DNA from: Minutocellus sp. GHC0000111
Lineage: Eukaryota
Assembly (NCBI GenBank): GCA_977018835.1
Contig: OZ361258.1
Coordinates: forward strand, 3,844,001-3,908,000
Reading direction: 5' to 3'
Length of the DNA: 64,000 nt
Positions 61,685-64,000 of this stretch are shown here, piece after piece. Position 1 is the first letter of the stretch, and every line of letters begins with the position of its first letter. The position numbers were made by a program, and so were the translations under genes. The notes below the pieces were generated by a model, which was given only the letters and a program-made list of their open reading frames with translations, did no database searches and had not been told where the DNA came from.

Positions 61685-63364
61685 TTATCTACTTGCAAAT
61701 CGACCTACTGTACGAGCCGGTTCGCCGTCGCACACCTGGCTGACATCTACGACACCAAAGTCGGTCAATATATCCGACGCCTTCTGAAGAAGCGCTAGAT
61801 CCTCGGCCAGTGCCCGCTGCTGCTTGATGTTGCCCGTCTTTGGATCACTCCGGAGGGGGTCAAAAGCGTCGTAAAATTCCTTCGGACCGGCCTTGATGTT
61901 GTTGTTGAGATGGCAAGGAATTACCCGCTGAAAGTCAAATCGCTTGGTAACCCGATCCACCCATTCCAATGTTCCCTTTGCTTCTCGATCAAGAATGAGC
62001 TTGGTCAAAATGGGCGGACAGAACAACGCTCCGCCCTTGGATATGGCCTTGAAGTTGTCGAGGTCGGCATCGTTGTCATGCCACGTCCACGGATACAACG
62101 ACCCAGGAACAGCTCCTTCGCCCAGCGGTTTCATGCTCTTGTCAATCTTGGATGCCTGGGAAATAGCCTTGCCAAAAGATACGACATCAATCTGCGATGG
62201 GAAAAACACCAGGCCGAACTGCACCATCCGCCTCCAACCCTTCTTCCTGGTTTCCTCGGTATCTTGCACAATTTCCTCGATGGAATCGCGGGCATGGAAA
62301 AGCATTGCGCGGGGATCTTCCTGAATAATTTTCGGTAGTTCTTCTGTCACGCTCACCACAGTGTCGGTAACCAGCAACGCTTTGGATGGTTTGTGAAACA
62401 TGGCCGTTTCTGAGAACGCACCGACGCTCTTGAACTTGAACGGTCCGAGCGTCTCGAAGTCAAAGTCGACGGCCCATTCCGGTACCGGGTCCCGGTCGGC
62501 CCAGTACTTGTACCCGGTGTAGATGTGGTCAGTGGGAATTTCTCTCAACTTTTTGCCCCGCTGCGTCACGCCCAGAAATTCAATGGGCAGACCGATGGGG
62601 AAGGCCCACTGACCCGGCTGCAGCCATACCGTGGCATTGGGAAATCGCTGCGCGAACGGACCAAACGTCGCCTTGTGCTCGAGTGCGACGGTTCCCAGAA
62701 CGATGTGACGGACGGGACCGTGCTCCTTTTCCAGGGCCTTCACCATTTTGATCAGCTGAGGCGTCGGAGCCACGGGATTGTACACCAACAGACCCCCGCC
62801 GGCCTCGGGAGAGAGCTTCACCACGGTCTGCCGAACGGGCACGTTGACGTTGACGACGCCCTGAATTTGATCGTGCGTCCATATTTGATTGGGGACGATG
62901 GTCTCTTCGACGGTGGCCCGTCGAGTGGACGTGCCAGCGAGAGGGAGGAGGGAGAATGCCACCTTGCCCAGAGGCCACGATACGTCCGTGGCATATTTGG
63001 GCGTGGCAATAGCAGCAGCCGAAGCAGGAGCTGCCGATGCGATGGAGGGACCCAAAACGGACTGCGCGGCGGTAGCGGCCGCGAGGCTGCCAATCTGATT
63101 GATAAAGTTCCGTCGGCCACTTTTGGGTTCCTCGTCGTCACCCGTGCTGCCATCGCCTTCGCTCCTTGGATTTGACATGAAAACACGCGCATGCCGAGAA
63201 TGGCTGGTCTTGCATGCATCGCCGATGCTGCTGCACGGGGCAAAGCCATGCGCCGGTTGAGGAACACCAACCATCATCAACATGAGCAGCACTGGTAGCA
63301 GCACATGGAGGCGAGTGAGCACGTATTGTGATCGCGATTTTGGGCTGCTGCTATTTCGGAGCAT
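61685..63364 (-). CDS. DUF4336-family (metallo-beta-lactamase-like) protein with plastid presequence
   Basis: 'VNVPVRQTVVKL...GGLLVYNPVAPT', 'HGPVRHIVL....LEHK', 'FHKPSKALLVTD', 'FQRVIPCHL'. Presequence 'AHGFAP'; start uncertain. Confidence 0.85.
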   Translation of the reverse strand: MLRNSSSPKSRSQYVLTRLHVLLPVLLMLMMVGVPQPAHGFAPCSSIGDACKTSHSRHARVFMSNPRSEGDGSTGDDEEPKSGRRNFINQIGSLAAATAAQSVLGPSIASAAPASAAAIATPKYATDVSWPLGKVAFSLLPLAGTSTRRATVEETIVPNQIWTHDQIQGVVNVNVPVRQTVVKLSPEAGGGLLVYNPVAPTPQLIKMVKALEKEHGPVRHIVLGTVALEHKATFGPFAQRFPNATVWLQPGQWAFPIGLPIEFLGVTQRGKKLREIPTDHIYTGYKYWADRDPVPEWAVDFDFETLGPFKFKSVGAFSETAMFHKPSKALLVTDTVVSVTEELPKIIQEDPRAMLFHARDSIEEIVQDTEETRKKGWRRMVQFGLVFFPSQIDVVSFGKAISQASKIDKSMKPLGEGAVPGSLYPWTWHDNDADLDNFKAISKGGALFCPPILTKLILDREAKGTLEWVDRVTKRFDFQRVIPCHLNNNIKAGPKEFYDAFDPLRSDPKTGNIKQQRALAEDLALLQKASDILTDFGVVDVSQVCDGEPARTVGRFASR

Positions 63365-64000
63365 CTTCCTCCTTATTCTTTCGTTGGGGGGGCTGATACG
63401 TGTCATCTCTTTGGATATGGTTGCATGATAGTACCTGCCTGCCTGGCTTGATTTGATTTGAAAACTACCTGTCATCGCGAGGCGATGCGTTCGTTCATGC
63501 ATGCGTTCCTTGCGCTGAGTCAGTGCTCTGTGCGTCGCCCGCCCTCATTGCCACGCCATCGATCGCGCCACAAGTTTGATTTGCTTGCTCGCAACTCGCG
63601 CCCGCCGCGTGATGAGATGATCACGCCCTTGTAGCAGTGGCGGATACGCCAGCATTCAGCATGACGACGAGATATTTTCTTCTTTAATCCATTGTGTTTA
63701 GTAGGAGATACATGCATAAATGGGCGGCCACTCGGCCTGGCGCAAACGGCTGGCGGCGGGGGAGCTGGCCAAGCAGTCGGGCGGTGCCATCTGCCGCCAT
63801 CGGCCCCACCTCGGTCGCAAGGGGAAGGACCGCGAGATCGAGCGAAAGGGCAACATCAACGGTGGGCCGAGGAAGAAGAAGCGCAACAAGGCCAAAATTG
63901 ATGCAGAAAATCATAAGCGCCGGAATGATCTGACGTCGCCGTCTTCGCTTGCTTCAGACCCCAATGAGAAGGCAGAAGGTACATTCGTCACCCTAGCGCT

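Overview
Gene-dense eukaryotic nuclear DNA, most likely from a diatom or related ochrophyte. This is an inference from GT-AG introns, bipartite signal+transit presequences of the ASAF type, a nucleus-encoded plastid sigma-70 factor, and PPR and helicase-associated (HA) repeat proteins. About 30 protein-coding loci are recognisable, including Aquarius helicase, PRMT1, glutathione reductase, ArgD, sigma-70, a P450, a STEAP-like reductase, PhoX, an MsrA-like protein, MATE, a GT4 and a GARP/Myb TF. No rRNA, tRNA or CRISPR was seen. Three things stand out. (1) A complete 2.34-kb IS630/Tc1/mariner element (29-bp TIRs, TA duplication, DD38D triad, possible HMG-box-like segment, antisense cargo ORF) is inserted about 10 nt upstream of the glutathione reductase ATG. 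(2) About nine accessory genes carry single in-frame stops, single frameshifts or truncations, while the core genes are intact. (3) There is a decayed Pif1/Helitron-type helicase remnant. All calls were made by eye from motifs and splice sites; no database searches were run.
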